Shown here: piece by piece, positions 9,601 to 16,802 of the stretch | How positions within the stretch are numbered: position 1 is the first letter of the stretch | Layout: each line of letters starts with the position of its first letter | Assembly (NCBI GenBank): GCA_964555345.1 | Contig: CAZKRV010000002.1 | Coordinates: 8,417-42,246, forward strand | Direction: 5' to 3' | Source of the DNA: an uncultured Bacteroides sp. | Lineage (GTDB): Bacteria > Bacteroidota > Bacteroidia > Bacteroidales > Muribaculaceae | Length of the DNA: 33,830 nucleotides | Made by a program: the position numbers and the translations under genes | Notes under the pieces: model-generated | Told to the model about the DNA's origin: nothing | The model's input: the letters and a program-made list of their open reading frames with translations, nothing else | The model's database searches: none

Positions 9601-10021
9601 CCCTGCCCTTAGCGAAGGCGACCACACGGTGCGTCTGCGTGTATGGGACCTTTCAGGCAACCACACTGAGCAGACGATCGAATGCCGCGTAGTCGAAGGC
9701 CTGGCTCCAACCATCTTCGACGTATATACCGATGCCAACCCCGCATCGACCTCAGCTTCCTTCTATGTGACCCACAACCGTCCGGATGAACGACTGACCA
9801 TGGAGGTGACCGTCTATAACCTATTGGGGCAGCCCGTATGGTCATCGTCGACTTCGGCACGAAGCGATATGCACACCTCGGCCCCGCTCCGCTGGGACCT
9901 CACCGACACGGCCGGACGCAGAGTCGGCCGCGGCATCTACCTCTATCGCGCCACAGTGACCGACGCCACAGGATCACGCCACTCCACCGCATCACGTAAA
10001 ATAGCCGTAACCGCCCAATGA
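6626..10021 (+). CDS. porU: Type IX secretion system sortase PorU (C25 gingipain-like peptidase family)
   Basis: 1131 aa, within the size range of PorU. It has an N-terminal signal peptide, and the alternative start ATG at 6647 (MKALHIIICMILLGLWGG) is equally plausible. C25-like core motifs are present (PDMVIVTP, YALMMGKGTFDNR, DDYLAFLED, GRIPCTS, LADDGN, YIGHGSP, ATCSFLKWD), plus a C-terminal beta-sandwich CTD-like tail (GIYLYRATVTD). Confidence 0.85.
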   Translation: MVALLMRMKALHIIICMILLGLWGGSQRVMALPPETYAGESVLSSGRWVQISVDQTGPHRISARKLAEWGFRNPKSVRVHGYGGTRLSDVLSHDTYTDDLPQVQSVCGTDGSITFYAVGPVRSLLNTSGKLVHETNPYSNFGYYYLTEAADTEAATVTIGGDPADAAGCATSGKVLLLHEKDLTSPGNTGRMLVGEDFAYTRSRSYDFSTPGRIEGTPVNVTCAFVAGGPSASSISVSINGEQQPYSNYDRIAAASGTEIYGAQCVSTKECIPAGDVSKLRVEVTHNPGGTVTRANLDYLEVIYDRTLSVPPSGSIEFYSDSPALQISGQNAVVWDVTDPADVRYMELSASGAWQNRYATTGAPRRYEAFASTATLPQPTFVGTVANQNLHGLTTPDMVIVTPRAYADAANRIADFHRNDPAAPLTVEVVELDKVLHEFGSGAFDPGAIRRFMKMLYDRGGLRYALMMGKGTFDNRCITPVGKSMKSPMPLWISEGSLTEGSSYTTDDYLAFLEDNSGLRPGSDKLSVALGRIPCTSVAEANLAADKIERYRTRMPRSDWRNRILTLADDGNSGIHMTQAESLYNNVMKGDGGSSMIFSKVYIDAYEWQNGSYPIARAELYNHLNNGAMLWAYIGHGSPTALCGDNMVTYLDMSTQFFLRQWPFCYAATCSFLKWDSDFTSAAEMLYFTDDGGLIGVISAVRQVFISANGDFTAAFGNELSSRDEHGRFRPMGEVYRRSKNRLLNDENRLRFVYMGDPALHTVLPDAIVKLDSVNGQAVTPEAQVTLPARGRITLKGSVLTPTGEPFTGFSGRISATLYDAERSVVSIGHGEDGEQVPFDVHGDMLLTTGGAVTDGTFTVNVQMPSDVADNFRPATLNLYACSDTEEAIGVCRDLYVYGYDETTPDDVTPPVIHSLALNHESFSTGDRVNTTPMLLASVSDDSGINLSSAGVGHQISVTIDGHTSYSDVSSYFTPDAEPVAGAMSGTIAYTLPALSEGDHTVRLRVWDLSGNHTEQTIECRVVEGLAPTIFDVYTDANPASTSASFYVTHNRPDERLTMEVTVYNLLGQPVWSSSTSARSDMHTSAPLRWDLTDTAGRRVGRGIYLYRATVTDATGSRHSTASRKIAVTAQ

Positions 10022-10599
10022 CTTCCAACTCCGCCCAATCCCGTCCAGCTGCCGTAACCATATACTGCGCATCATCGCCCGACGCGCCCTCCCGCTTCAT
10101 CGAGGCTGCCGAAGAACTCGGCCGACTCTGTGCCCGCGCCGGACTGGCCACAGTGACCGGAGCCGGATCTCACGGACTGATGGGAGCGGTGGTCAGAGGC
10201 ACCCTTGAGGCCGGCGGCAGGGCAGTCGGGGTAATTCCCCGCTTCATGGCCGACCGCGGTTGGCGCAATCCCGACATGACAGAGTGCCACATCACCGCCG
10301 ATATGCACTCACGCAAACGACTGCTTGCCGCTCTCGGCCGCGGTGCCATAGCGCTCCCCGGCGGCATCGGCACCATGGACGAGCTGATGGACCTGCTCAC
10401 GGCCCGTCAGCTCGGACTATATGACCGCCCTGTGGTGATCCTCGACATTGACGGATTCTGGAGCGGACTGCTGGAGCAGATGACTCATGCCGACTCATGC
10501 AGCATGATGCGTCACTCTTCAATGAACGAAGTGCTCTATGAGGTGGCCGACACCCCTGCCCGCGCCATTGAAATAATCCTTGCCGACACATCATGCTGA
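10018..10599 (+). CDS. LOG family protein (TIGR00730 Rossmann-fold nucleotide-binding protein; cytokinin riboside 5'-monophosphate phosphoribohydrolase-like)
   Basis: 193 aa with the PGGIGTMDE motif, VTGAGSHGLMGAV and a GVIP segment. Its ATG overlaps the porU stop (ATGA). Confidence 0.85.
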   Translation: MTSNSAQSRPAAVTIYCASSPDAPSRFIEAAEELGRLCARAGLATVTGAGSHGLMGAVVRGTLEAGGRAVGVIPRFMADRGWRNPDMTECHITADMHSRKRLLAALGRGAIALPGGIGTMDELMDLLTARQLGLYDRPVVILDIDGFWSGLLEQMTHADSCSMMRHSSMNEVLYEVADTPARAIEIILADTSC

Positions 10600-11339
10600 C
10601 ACTCGCCGCCAAAGCGCCCGAACTGCTGACCACTGGACTGATGCCATCGCCCCGGCAGATACTGCCCGGCTATGACTCCGGTGTGCTCGCCATGGCCGTG
10701 GGAGCCTTTTTGCTCGCCGCCATAGGACTGATGGGTGCCGGACGGCTATGGAACTCCTTCTTCAAAGGACTGACCCACTCCGGACCCGGACGTTCGGCAG
10801 CCGCCACCGCCGAGACAACAACCGGAGAACGCTGGTCAATCGCCGCCGCCATGGTGCAGACCTTTGTATGCGAGGGTCTTCTGATCTTTTCAGCCTTGCA
10901 CTTCACCCGCACTCTGCCACTAACTCCACAGGTCTATTTCAGCTGCGCGGCCACATGTGCACTCCTGTGCGCTGCTCTCTATTGCGTCCAGTGGCTCGGA
11001 TATGCGACAGTAGCCTACGCCTTCGCTCCGAATCCCGCCGCCGACGTCAAGGCATGGCTCCGTGCTTTCGCCGCCACCCAGTCCATGCTCGGAGTGTGGC
11101 TGCTGCTTCCGGCGCTCGGTGCCCTATTCTATCCGGCTGCCGCCATGACCCTGGTCTGGATTGGCGCAGGGTTGTATGCAGGAGCCCGAATCCTATTCAT
11201 TATAAAGGGTTTTAGGATTTTTTATGCCAATCTGTTTTCGCTATTCTACTTTTTTTTGTACCTTTGCGCCTTGGAAATCCTCCCCCTCGGCGCCTTGGCG
11301 TCCGGGGTGGTGGCTTTGTCACACCATGTCATAACGTAA
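10593..11339 (+). CDS. Polytopic membrane protein, DUF4271-like
   Basis: 248 aa with about 6 hydrophobic helices. It overlaps the LOG stop by 7 nt. In my recollection, DUF4271 proteins characteristically precede the hemD-like gene in Bacteroidota. The family call is by context, not by strong motif. Confidence 0.55.
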   Translation: MLTLAAKAPELLTTGLMPSPRQILPGYDSGVLAMAVGAFLLAAIGLMGAGRLWNSFFKGLTHSGPGRSAAATAETTTGERWSIAAAMVQTFVCEGLLIFSALHFTRTLPLTPQVYFSCAATCALLCAALYCVQWLGYATVAYAFAPNPAADVKAWLRAFAATQSMLGVWLLLPALGALFYPAAAMTLVWIGAGLYAGARILFIIKGFRIFYANLFSLFYFFLYLCALEILPLGALASGVVALSHHVIT

Positions 11340-11368
11340 AGACTTCTCCTCAACATCTAACCTGACGC

Positions 11369-11376
11369 TAAATTTG
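11369..11376 (+). promoter_or_regulatory. Bacteroidota-type -7 promoter box TAAATTTG
   Basis: This is an exact TAnnTTTG match. It ends 7 nt before the GTG start (11384) of the hemD-like gene. Confidence 0.4.
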
Positions 11377-11383
11377 TAAAGTA

Positions 11384-12142
11384 GTGGAAATTAAAAAGAT
11401 CTTGGTTTCGCAACCGAAGCCCGCTTCAGACAAATCTCCCTATTATGAAATAGCCGCCAAATATGGCGTAGAGCTGAATTTTCTGCCACTGATCAGAGTG
11501 GAAGGCCTCTCGGCAAAGGAGTTCCGCCAACAGAAGATTTCAATTCCCGACTTCACAGCAGTGATATTCACGGCCCGTGGAGCGGTGGATCATTTTTTCC
11601 GTCTCTGTGAAGAGATGCGATATCAGGTACCCGACACTTTCAAATATTTCTGCTCATCGGAGTCAATAGCGCTGTATCTTCAGAAATACACCCTATACCG
11701 CAAACGCAAGATCTTCCACGGTCCTACAGGTAAGTTCGAGGACCTGATTCCCATACTGCAGAAACACCATAAGGAGAACTACCTCTTTGCCGTGAGCGAC
11801 GTCAGCAAAGACAACCTTGCAGGGCTTGAGAAGAGCAAGTTGCGCTACACCCGCGCCATCATGTATCGCACCGTGCCCAACGAGATTCCCAAGGAAGAAT
11901 TGCTCTCTGACGACATGATCATATTCTTCAGCCCCGAAGGCATCAAGGCGCTGCTCAAGAACTTTCCTGACTTCGAGCAGGGCGACAAGCGCATCGGCTG
12001 CTTCGGCGCCGTCACGGCCCAGGCCATACGCGATGCCGGACTCCGCCTCGACATGGAGGCCCCCACGGCCAAAGCCCCGTCAATCACCGCAGCCCTTGAC
12101 CAGTATCTTACTGAAGTCAACGGCGAGCCGAAGGCCGAATGA
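11384..12142 (+). CDS. hemD: Uroporphyrinogen-III synthase-like protein (HemD family)
   Basis: 252 aa with a GTG start. The N-terminus (V/M)EIKKILVSQPKP and the FTARGAVDHFFRL segment match the Bacteroidota HemD-like family. Confidence 0.75.
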   Translation: MEIKKILVSQPKPASDKSPYYEIAAKYGVELNFLPLIRVEGLSAKEFRQQKISIPDFTAVIFTARGAVDHFFRLCEEMRYQVPDTFKYFCSSESIALYLQKYTLYRKRKIFHGPTGKFEDLIPILQKHHKENYLFAVSDVSKDNLAGLEKSKLRYTRAIMYRTVPNEIPKEELLSDDMIIFFSPEGIKALLKNFPDFEQGDKRIGCFGAVTAQAIRDAGLRLDMEAPTAKAPSITAALDQYLTEVNGEPKAE

Positions 12143-12528
12143 CATCTCTACGGCTGCATAAGAGCGAGAAACTCTGCTCCACCACAAGCATCGACGCCCT
12201 CTTTGCCTCCAAAAGCAAAGGGGCGCTCGCTTTTCCGGTGCGCATGGTCTGGATGCCGTCGCATGGCGCTCCCCGCGGTGCCCGCGTGCGCTTCATGATC
12301 TCCGTGCCAAAGAAGCGGCTGCGCCATGCCGTTGACCGCGTGAAGATGCGGCGGCGCATACGTGAAGCCTACCGGCTCAACCGCGATCTGATCCCGGAGT
12401 CAGACACACGCTTCGACGTAGCTTTCATCTACATAGCCCCAGACCTACGGCCATATCGCCGCATCGAGTCAGCCATGAAGCGGCTGCTACCTCAACTTAC
12501 CGACATTACCGCTCCAGCTGCCGACTGA
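12139..12528 (+). CDS. rnpA: Ribonuclease P protein component
   Basis: 129 aa and basic ([31 protein letters not shown]). It overlaps hemD by ATGA and is immediately followed by yidD, which is the conserved pairing. Confidence 0.85.
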   Translation: MTSLRLHKSEKLCSTTSIDALFASKSKGALAFPVRMVWMPSHGAPRGARVRFMISVPKKRLRHAVDRVKMRRRIREAYRLNRDLIPESDTRFDVAFIYIAPDLRPYRRIESAMKRLLPQLTDITAPAAD

Positions 12529-12740
12529 TGCTACGCTACCTGCTCATCATACCCGTCAGACTCTACCAGATCCTGATCTCACCGATGCTTCCGCCATCGT
12601 GCCGCTTCACCCCAAGTTGCTCGCAATATGCCGTCGAAGCCCTGCGCAAGCATGGAGCGATCAAAGGCTCCTGGCTGGCCATCAGGCGCATAATGCGTTG
12701 CCACCCATGGGGCGGCAGCGGCTATGACCCCGTGCCATGA
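12528..12740 (+). CDS. yidD: Membrane protein insertion efficiency factor YidD
   Basis: 70 aa with the hallmark [19 protein letters not shown]...RCHPW. It has a 1-nt overlap with the rnpA stop (TGATG). Confidence 0.9.
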   Translation: MLRYLLIIPVRLYQILISPMLPPSCRFTPSCSQYAVEALRKHGAIKGSWLAIRRIMRCHPWGGSGYDPVP

Positions 12741-13240
12741 TCCCGCAGGTGGCCGATATTCACACCCACAACCCGCTCGCCACTGATGCGGTGATCAACC
12801 TGACACCCGGCATGGCGATGCGCCCCGACGCGCTCTATTCCGTGGGAATACACCCATGGTGTCCCGAAACCGACTTCGGCTGGGTGGAACGCATGGCACG
12901 CCACCCGCAGGTAGTGATGATTGGCGAGTGCGGCATAGACCGCCTCCGCAGTCCCCTCACCCCCGACCGCCAGATCGAACTGCTGCGACGGCACGCCGAG
13001 CTGGCCGAACAGACAGGCAAACCGCTGATATTGCATGTGGTGCGCGCCTACAATGACATAATGGCCCTGCATCGGCAGATGCGCCCCTCCCAGCCATGGA
13101 TCATTCACGGATTCCGTGGCAAGCCGCAACTTGCCAGACAGCTCACAGACATGGGAATACACATTTCACTCGGACCGAAATTCAACCCCGGCGTGCCCGA
13201 TGTGGTGCCTCCCGGGATGCTCCATCACGAAACCGACTGA
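12737..13240 (+). CDS. TatD-family metal-dependent hydrolase, short form
   Basis: 167 aa with DIHTH (HxH), GECGID, ILHVV, IIHGF and a terminal HETD. The ORF stops immediately after the ETD motif. Confidence 0.7.
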   Translation: MIPQVADIHTHNPLATDAVINLTPGMAMRPDALYSVGIHPWCPETDFGWVERMARHPQVVMIGECGIDRLRSPLTPDRQIELLRRHAELAEQTGKPLILHVVRAYNDIMALHRQMRPSQPWIIHGFRGKPQLARQLTDMGIHISLGPKFNPGVPDVVPPGMLHHETD

Positions 13241-13359
13241 CTGCGTCGAGATTTGCAAACGTAAATTGCCGAGACGCACATTTTCAGCAGTTTGCGAGAT
13301 GTTAATAACTTTTTGCGAAAAATTTATTTTATTTCGTAAATCTTTTGGGGGATTTTTAG

Positions 13360-13367
13360 TAACTTTG
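13360..13367 (+). promoter_or_regulatory. Bacteroidota-type -7 promoter box TAACTTTG, candidate dcw-cluster promoter
   Basis: This is an exact TAnnTTTG match inside the AT-rich 151-nt spacer 13241-13391, 24 nt upstream of the rsmH ATG. No -33 TTTG sits at canonical spacing; the nearest TTTG is at 13344-13347. Confidence 0.45.
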
Positions 13368-13391
13368 AGGGCTAAAACACATATAGTCGCC

Positions 13392-14303
13392 ATGTCAGAG
13401 TCACAGGTCTACCACATACCGGCCCTATTGCCCCAGGTCATCGAAGCGCTTCAGGTCAAGCCTGACGGCACTTATGCCGACGCCACTTTCGGCGGCGGCG
13501 GACATTCACGTGCCATCTTCAGCCTGCTCGGACCGGAAGGTCACCTCTACAGCTTCGATCAAGACGAGGAAGCAGTGGCCAATGCCTGGACAGACCCGCG
13601 ATTCACCATGATCCACGGCAACTTCCGCTTCATTCACCAGTATCTGCGATTCTACGGCGTGGACGGTGCTGACGGCATACTGGCCGATCTTGGCGTGTCG
13701 TTCCATCACTTTGACGATCCGGCCCGTGGATTTTCATTCCGCTTTTCCGGGCCGCTTGACATGCGCATGAACCGCCGCGCCTCTCAGTCGGCGGCCTCAC
13801 TCCTGACCGAGGCGCCCGAAGAACGGCTCACCGAGATATTCCGCCTCTACGGCGAACTGCGCCAGGCATCACGCATGGCACGCGCCATCTGCGACGCGCG
13901 CCGTCAGGCTCCGGTCGACACGGTGGAACGCCTGCTCGAAGTCACCCGCCCATTCATCAGCCCCAAGAGCGAGAAAAAGGAGATGGCCCAGCTCTTCCAG
14001 GCCCTGCGGATAGTGGTCAACGATGAGATCTCGGCTCTGCGCGGATTCCTGACCCAGGCACTCGAATCGCTGACTCCCGGCGGACGCCTCGCCGTGATCA
14101 CATACCACTCGCTCGAAGATCGCCTGGTCAAGAACTTCATGCGCACCGGCAATGTCGAAGGCCGGGAAGACAAGGACCTCTATGGACGTAGCCGCTCTCC
14201 GCTCAAGCTGCTCAATTCCAAACCCATCGTTGCTTCACCCGAGGAGGTCGAAGCCAATCCACGCTCACGCAGCGCCAAACTCCGCATTGCCGAAAAACTC
14301 TGA
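13392..14303 (+). CDS. rsmH: 16S rRNA (cytosine1402-N4)-methyltransferase
   Basis: I use the internal ATG at 13392 (MSESQVYHIPALLPQVIEAL...DATFGGGGHSRAI). DLGVSFHHFD, GPLDMRMN, ITYHSLEDRLVKNF and SRSAKLRIAEK are classic RsmH/MraW motifs. The 92-codon upstream extension overlaps tatD and the AT-rich spacer. Confidence 0.95.
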   Translation: MSESQVYHIPALLPQVIEALQVKPDGTYADATFGGGGHSRAIFSLLGPEGHLYSFDQDEEAVANAWTDPRFTMIHGNFRFIHQYLRFYGVDGADGILADLGVSFHHFDDPARGFSFRFSGPLDMRMNRRASQSAASLLTEAPEERLTEIFRLYGELRQASRMARAICDARRQAPVDTVERLLEVTRPFISPKSEKKEMAQLFQALRIVVNDEISALRGFLTQALESLTPGGRLAVITYHSLEDRLVKNFMRTGNVEGREDKDLYGRSRSPLKLLNSKPIVASPEEVEANPRSRSAKLRIAEKL

Positions 14304-14322
14304 TCACACAACTCTCCACCCC

Positions 14323-14649
14323 ATGCAGAAAAAAGATTCGTTCATTACGCGCGCCATACACGGCAGACTCATATCGGGCACAATGTTTACCCGCTATTGG
14401 CTCCAGATCATCGTGATCCTGGCAATGATGCTCGTGTACATCACCAACGTATTCGCCTGCCGCAAAAAGATGGAAAACATCTCCCGCCTGCAAGACCGGC
14501 TCTCGGTGGTCCAGACCGAAAGCATGCGCGTGAGAGGCATCTACATGAGCCGCATACGCGAGAGCGAGATGCGCCATCTGCTTGACTCGATCAACCTGCC
14601 ACTTTCCATACAACAACAACCTCCTTTCCGGGCCAACTCCTCAAAATGA
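14323..14649 (+). CDS. ftsL: FtsL-like cell division protein (Bacteroidota type)
   Basis: 108 aa from the ATG at 14323. It has a single TM helix (YWLQIIVILAMMLVYITNVF) followed by a coiled-coil-like segment. It sits between rsmH and ftsI, and its stop overlaps the ftsI ATG (ATGA). Confidence 0.7.
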   Translation: MQKKDSFITRAIHGRLISGTMFTRYWLQIIVILAMMLVYITNVFACRKKMENISRLQDRLSVVQTESMRVRGIYMSRIRESEMRHLLDSINLPLSIQQQPPFRANSSK

Positions 14650-16778
14650 CGACCAAAACCACACGCAAAAAGGCCAAGCGCACAAAACACGCCAGCATCA
14701 TGGCGCGTTATCTGGTGATCACCGCAGCTATCCTTGTGGTGGCATCATACATAGCCTTCTGCACGTTCAAGAACACGGTGCTCCATGCCGACAAGTGGAA
14801 CGAAAGAGCCAACCTGGAGCTATCGCGGTCAAGTAAGGTCATCTATCCCGATCGTGGCGACATATTGGCTGACGACGGCACGGTGCTCGCCACCACCATG
14901 CAGTACTATACCGTACGCATCGACTTCGGGTCCGAGGCTTTCCGCTGGAAGGAATACGTGGCCGCACTCGACTCGCTGGCCGAAGCCATGCAGCGCCACT
15001 TCCCCATCAAGGGGGGAGTCAAGGCCTGGGGTGACTCGCTCCGCGCGCCCCTGCGCAGGGCCGAGTTCGGCAAAAAGTCTCGCTCGTGGCGTCTGGTGAA
15101 AAACATCACCAATGCCGACTACGTCGAAATACGCAAGAACTTCCCCTTCTTCCACTGGCTCAACGCTGCCAAAAGCGGCATCACGCGCGACAAGGTGAAG
15201 CGCCGCCGCAACCCCTACGGCAACATGGCGAAGATGAGCATCGGTGTGGTCAGCGAGCACTCCGACGGTCAGATTCACGGCATGTCAGGACTGGAATACG
15301 CCCTCGACTCGCTGCTCTATGGCAAGACCGGCATCAACAAGACAGTGAACTTCACCCGCGGCGTGGGCAATTGGACCGACATTCCGGCCGAGCGCGGATA
15401 TGACGTGGTGTCGACCATAAACGTGCAGATGCAGGACATGCTTGAAAACGCGCTGCTCGACAGACTGAAATACTGCCGCGCCGAGTGGGGCACCGCCGTG
15501 CTCATGGAAGTGGCCACAGGCGAGATCAAGGCCATTTCCAATTTCGAGGAAGAGCCGATCGGCTCCGGTTCGGGCCGCTACGTCGAGGCGCGCAACCGCG
15601 CCGTGATGGGCTTTGAACCAGGTTCGGTGGTCAAGACTCTGAGCATGATGATCGCCGTTGATGACGGCATCGTGCGCGACACGTCGGAGGTAATACCCAT
15701 CGGCGGATCTTTCCGTGCCTACGGACAGGGCAAGCCCATCACCGACTCGCACCCCCATGAAAGACTCACTGTGAGCGAAGTGATTGAGCAATCTTCGAAT
15801 ATCGGCATGGCACGCATCATAGCACGCGCATACAATGACCCTCAGGCATGGCATGACCGCGTGGCCCGGCTCGGATTCCTCGACCGGCTCCACTCCGGCA
15901 TCGGCGAAGAGCGCGCTCCATATTACCCCGTGGTTCCCATCAAAGCCGGCGGCCTCGTGAGCCTGTCGCGCCAGACCTACGGCTACGCCACCGAAATACC
16001 CCCGCTCCACACCCTGAGCATCTACAATGCCATAGCCAACAACGGCAAATACGTGCGTCCGCGTCTGGTCAAAGCCCTGCACCGTGAGGATTTCGACTCC
16101 ATAGTGCCGGTGGACTACATTCGTGAATCGGCCTGCTCCGAACGCACCGCCGCCATCATGCGCTCCATGCTGGCCAAGGTGGTGTCAGGCGCACACGGCA
16201 CCGCCCGCTCCCTGAAGAATCCCTATGTGAGCATAGCGGGCAAAACCGGCACATGCTATAGCGTAGACCCTGAGACCCATAAATATGACACGTCGCGCAA
16301 GCGCCTGGCATTCTGCGGATTCTTCCCAGTCGAAAATCCAAAATACAGCTGTGTGGTACTGATCTACCACCCGCGTGAAAACGCCTTCGGCGCGGCATCC
16401 ACCTCCGGTGTGGTGCTCAAGGATATGGCTCTGGCCCTCTACTCGCGCGGCATGCTCGACAACGAAAGCGACTTTCGCGCTGAAGCCCCGTCGAGCGTAG
16501 CGCCCCCTACCCTGTTCACCACCTCCGACGGCAGCCTGTCGTCGACATTCCAGTCTCAGTTCGGCATCAAGGCTCCCGGATTCAAAGCACCGGCCACTAC
16601 AGGTGCCGGCACCGTGCCCGACGTGCTCGGCATGGGACTGCGCGAGGCAGTGGCTTCGGTGGAACACGCCCGCTACAATGTGAGCTTCCAGGGTTCAGGC
16701 CACGTCAGCGCTCAGGAACCGGCACCTGGCACCCCCCTCTCGCGCGGAGCCACGGTGCGGCTGCTCCTTTCCGAATAA
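14646..16778 (+). CDS. ftsI: Peptidoglycan D,D-transpeptidase FtsI (class B PBP) with a C-terminal PASTA domain
   Basis: 710 aa with an N-terminal TM anchor. Motifs are SxxK (GSVVKT), SxN (SSN) and KTG (GKTGT). The C-terminal ~60 aa are VPDVLGMGLREAVASVEHARYNVSFQGSGHVSAQEPAPGTPLSRGATVRLLLS, which fits the PASTA pattern. Confidence 0.9.
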   Translation: MTTKTTRKKAKRTKHASIMARYLVITAAILVVASYIAFCTFKNTVLHADKWNERANLELSRSSKVIYPDRGDILADDGTVLATTMQYYTVRIDFGSEAFRWKEYVAALDSLAEAMQRHFPIKGGVKAWGDSLRAPLRRAEFGKKSRSWRLVKNITNADYVEIRKNFPFFHWLNAAKSGITRDKVKRRRNPYGNMAKMSIGVVSEHSDGQIHGMSGLEYALDSLLYGKTGINKTVNFTRGVGNWTDIPAERGYDVVSTINVQMQDMLENALLDRLKYCRAEWGTAVLMEVATGEIKAISNFEEEPIGSGSGRYVEARNRAVMGFEPGSVVKTLSMMIAVDDGIVRDTSEVIPIGGSFRAYGQGKPITDSHPHERLTVSEVIEQSSNIGMARIIARAYNDPQAWHDRVARLGFLDRLHSGIGEERAPYYPVVPIKAGGLVSLSRQTYGYATEIPPLHTLSIYNAIANNGKYVRPRLVKALHREDFDSIVPVDYIRESACSERTAAIMRSMLAKVVSGAHGTARSLKNPYVSIAGKTGTCYSVDPETHKYDTSRKRLAFCGFFPVENPKYSCVVLIYHPRENAFGAASTSGVVLKDMALALYSRGMLDNESDFRAEAPSSVAPPTLFTTSDGSLSSTFQSQFGIKAPGFKAPATTGAGTVPDVLGMGLREAVASVEHARYNVSFQGSGHVSAQEPAPGTPLSRGATVRLLLSE

Positions 16779-16802
16779 AAAAGCACAAATCGTTCATCTC
16801 AT

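Noticed and set aside
10748-11215. A 155-aa alternative-frame plus-strand ORF lies inside the DUF4271 gene, and there are Arg-rich ORFs inside the AlaDH-like gene (29149-29676, 29618-30010).
   Set aside because: These are Arg/Ser/Pro-rich off-frame translations of GC-rich coding sequence. The overlapping frames give coherent TM-helix or Rossmann-fold proteins.
13116-13391. The ORF track gives 5'-extended versions of several genes: rsmH from 13116, DUF3467 from 5412, ftsL from 14152, ftsZ from 26965, rnhA from 29905, the ABC ATPase from 5904 and the lipoprotein from 5866.
   Set aside because: The extensions overlap upstream genes or AT-rich spacers and have junk-like composition. The family-typical N-termini begin at the internal ATGs used in the feature list.
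13166-13393. A 75-aa minus-strand ORF spans the tatD-rsmH spacer.
   Set aside because: It runs through the AT-rich promoter spacer and into the tatD 3' end. It has no signal, motif or promoter box of its own and is most likely spurious.
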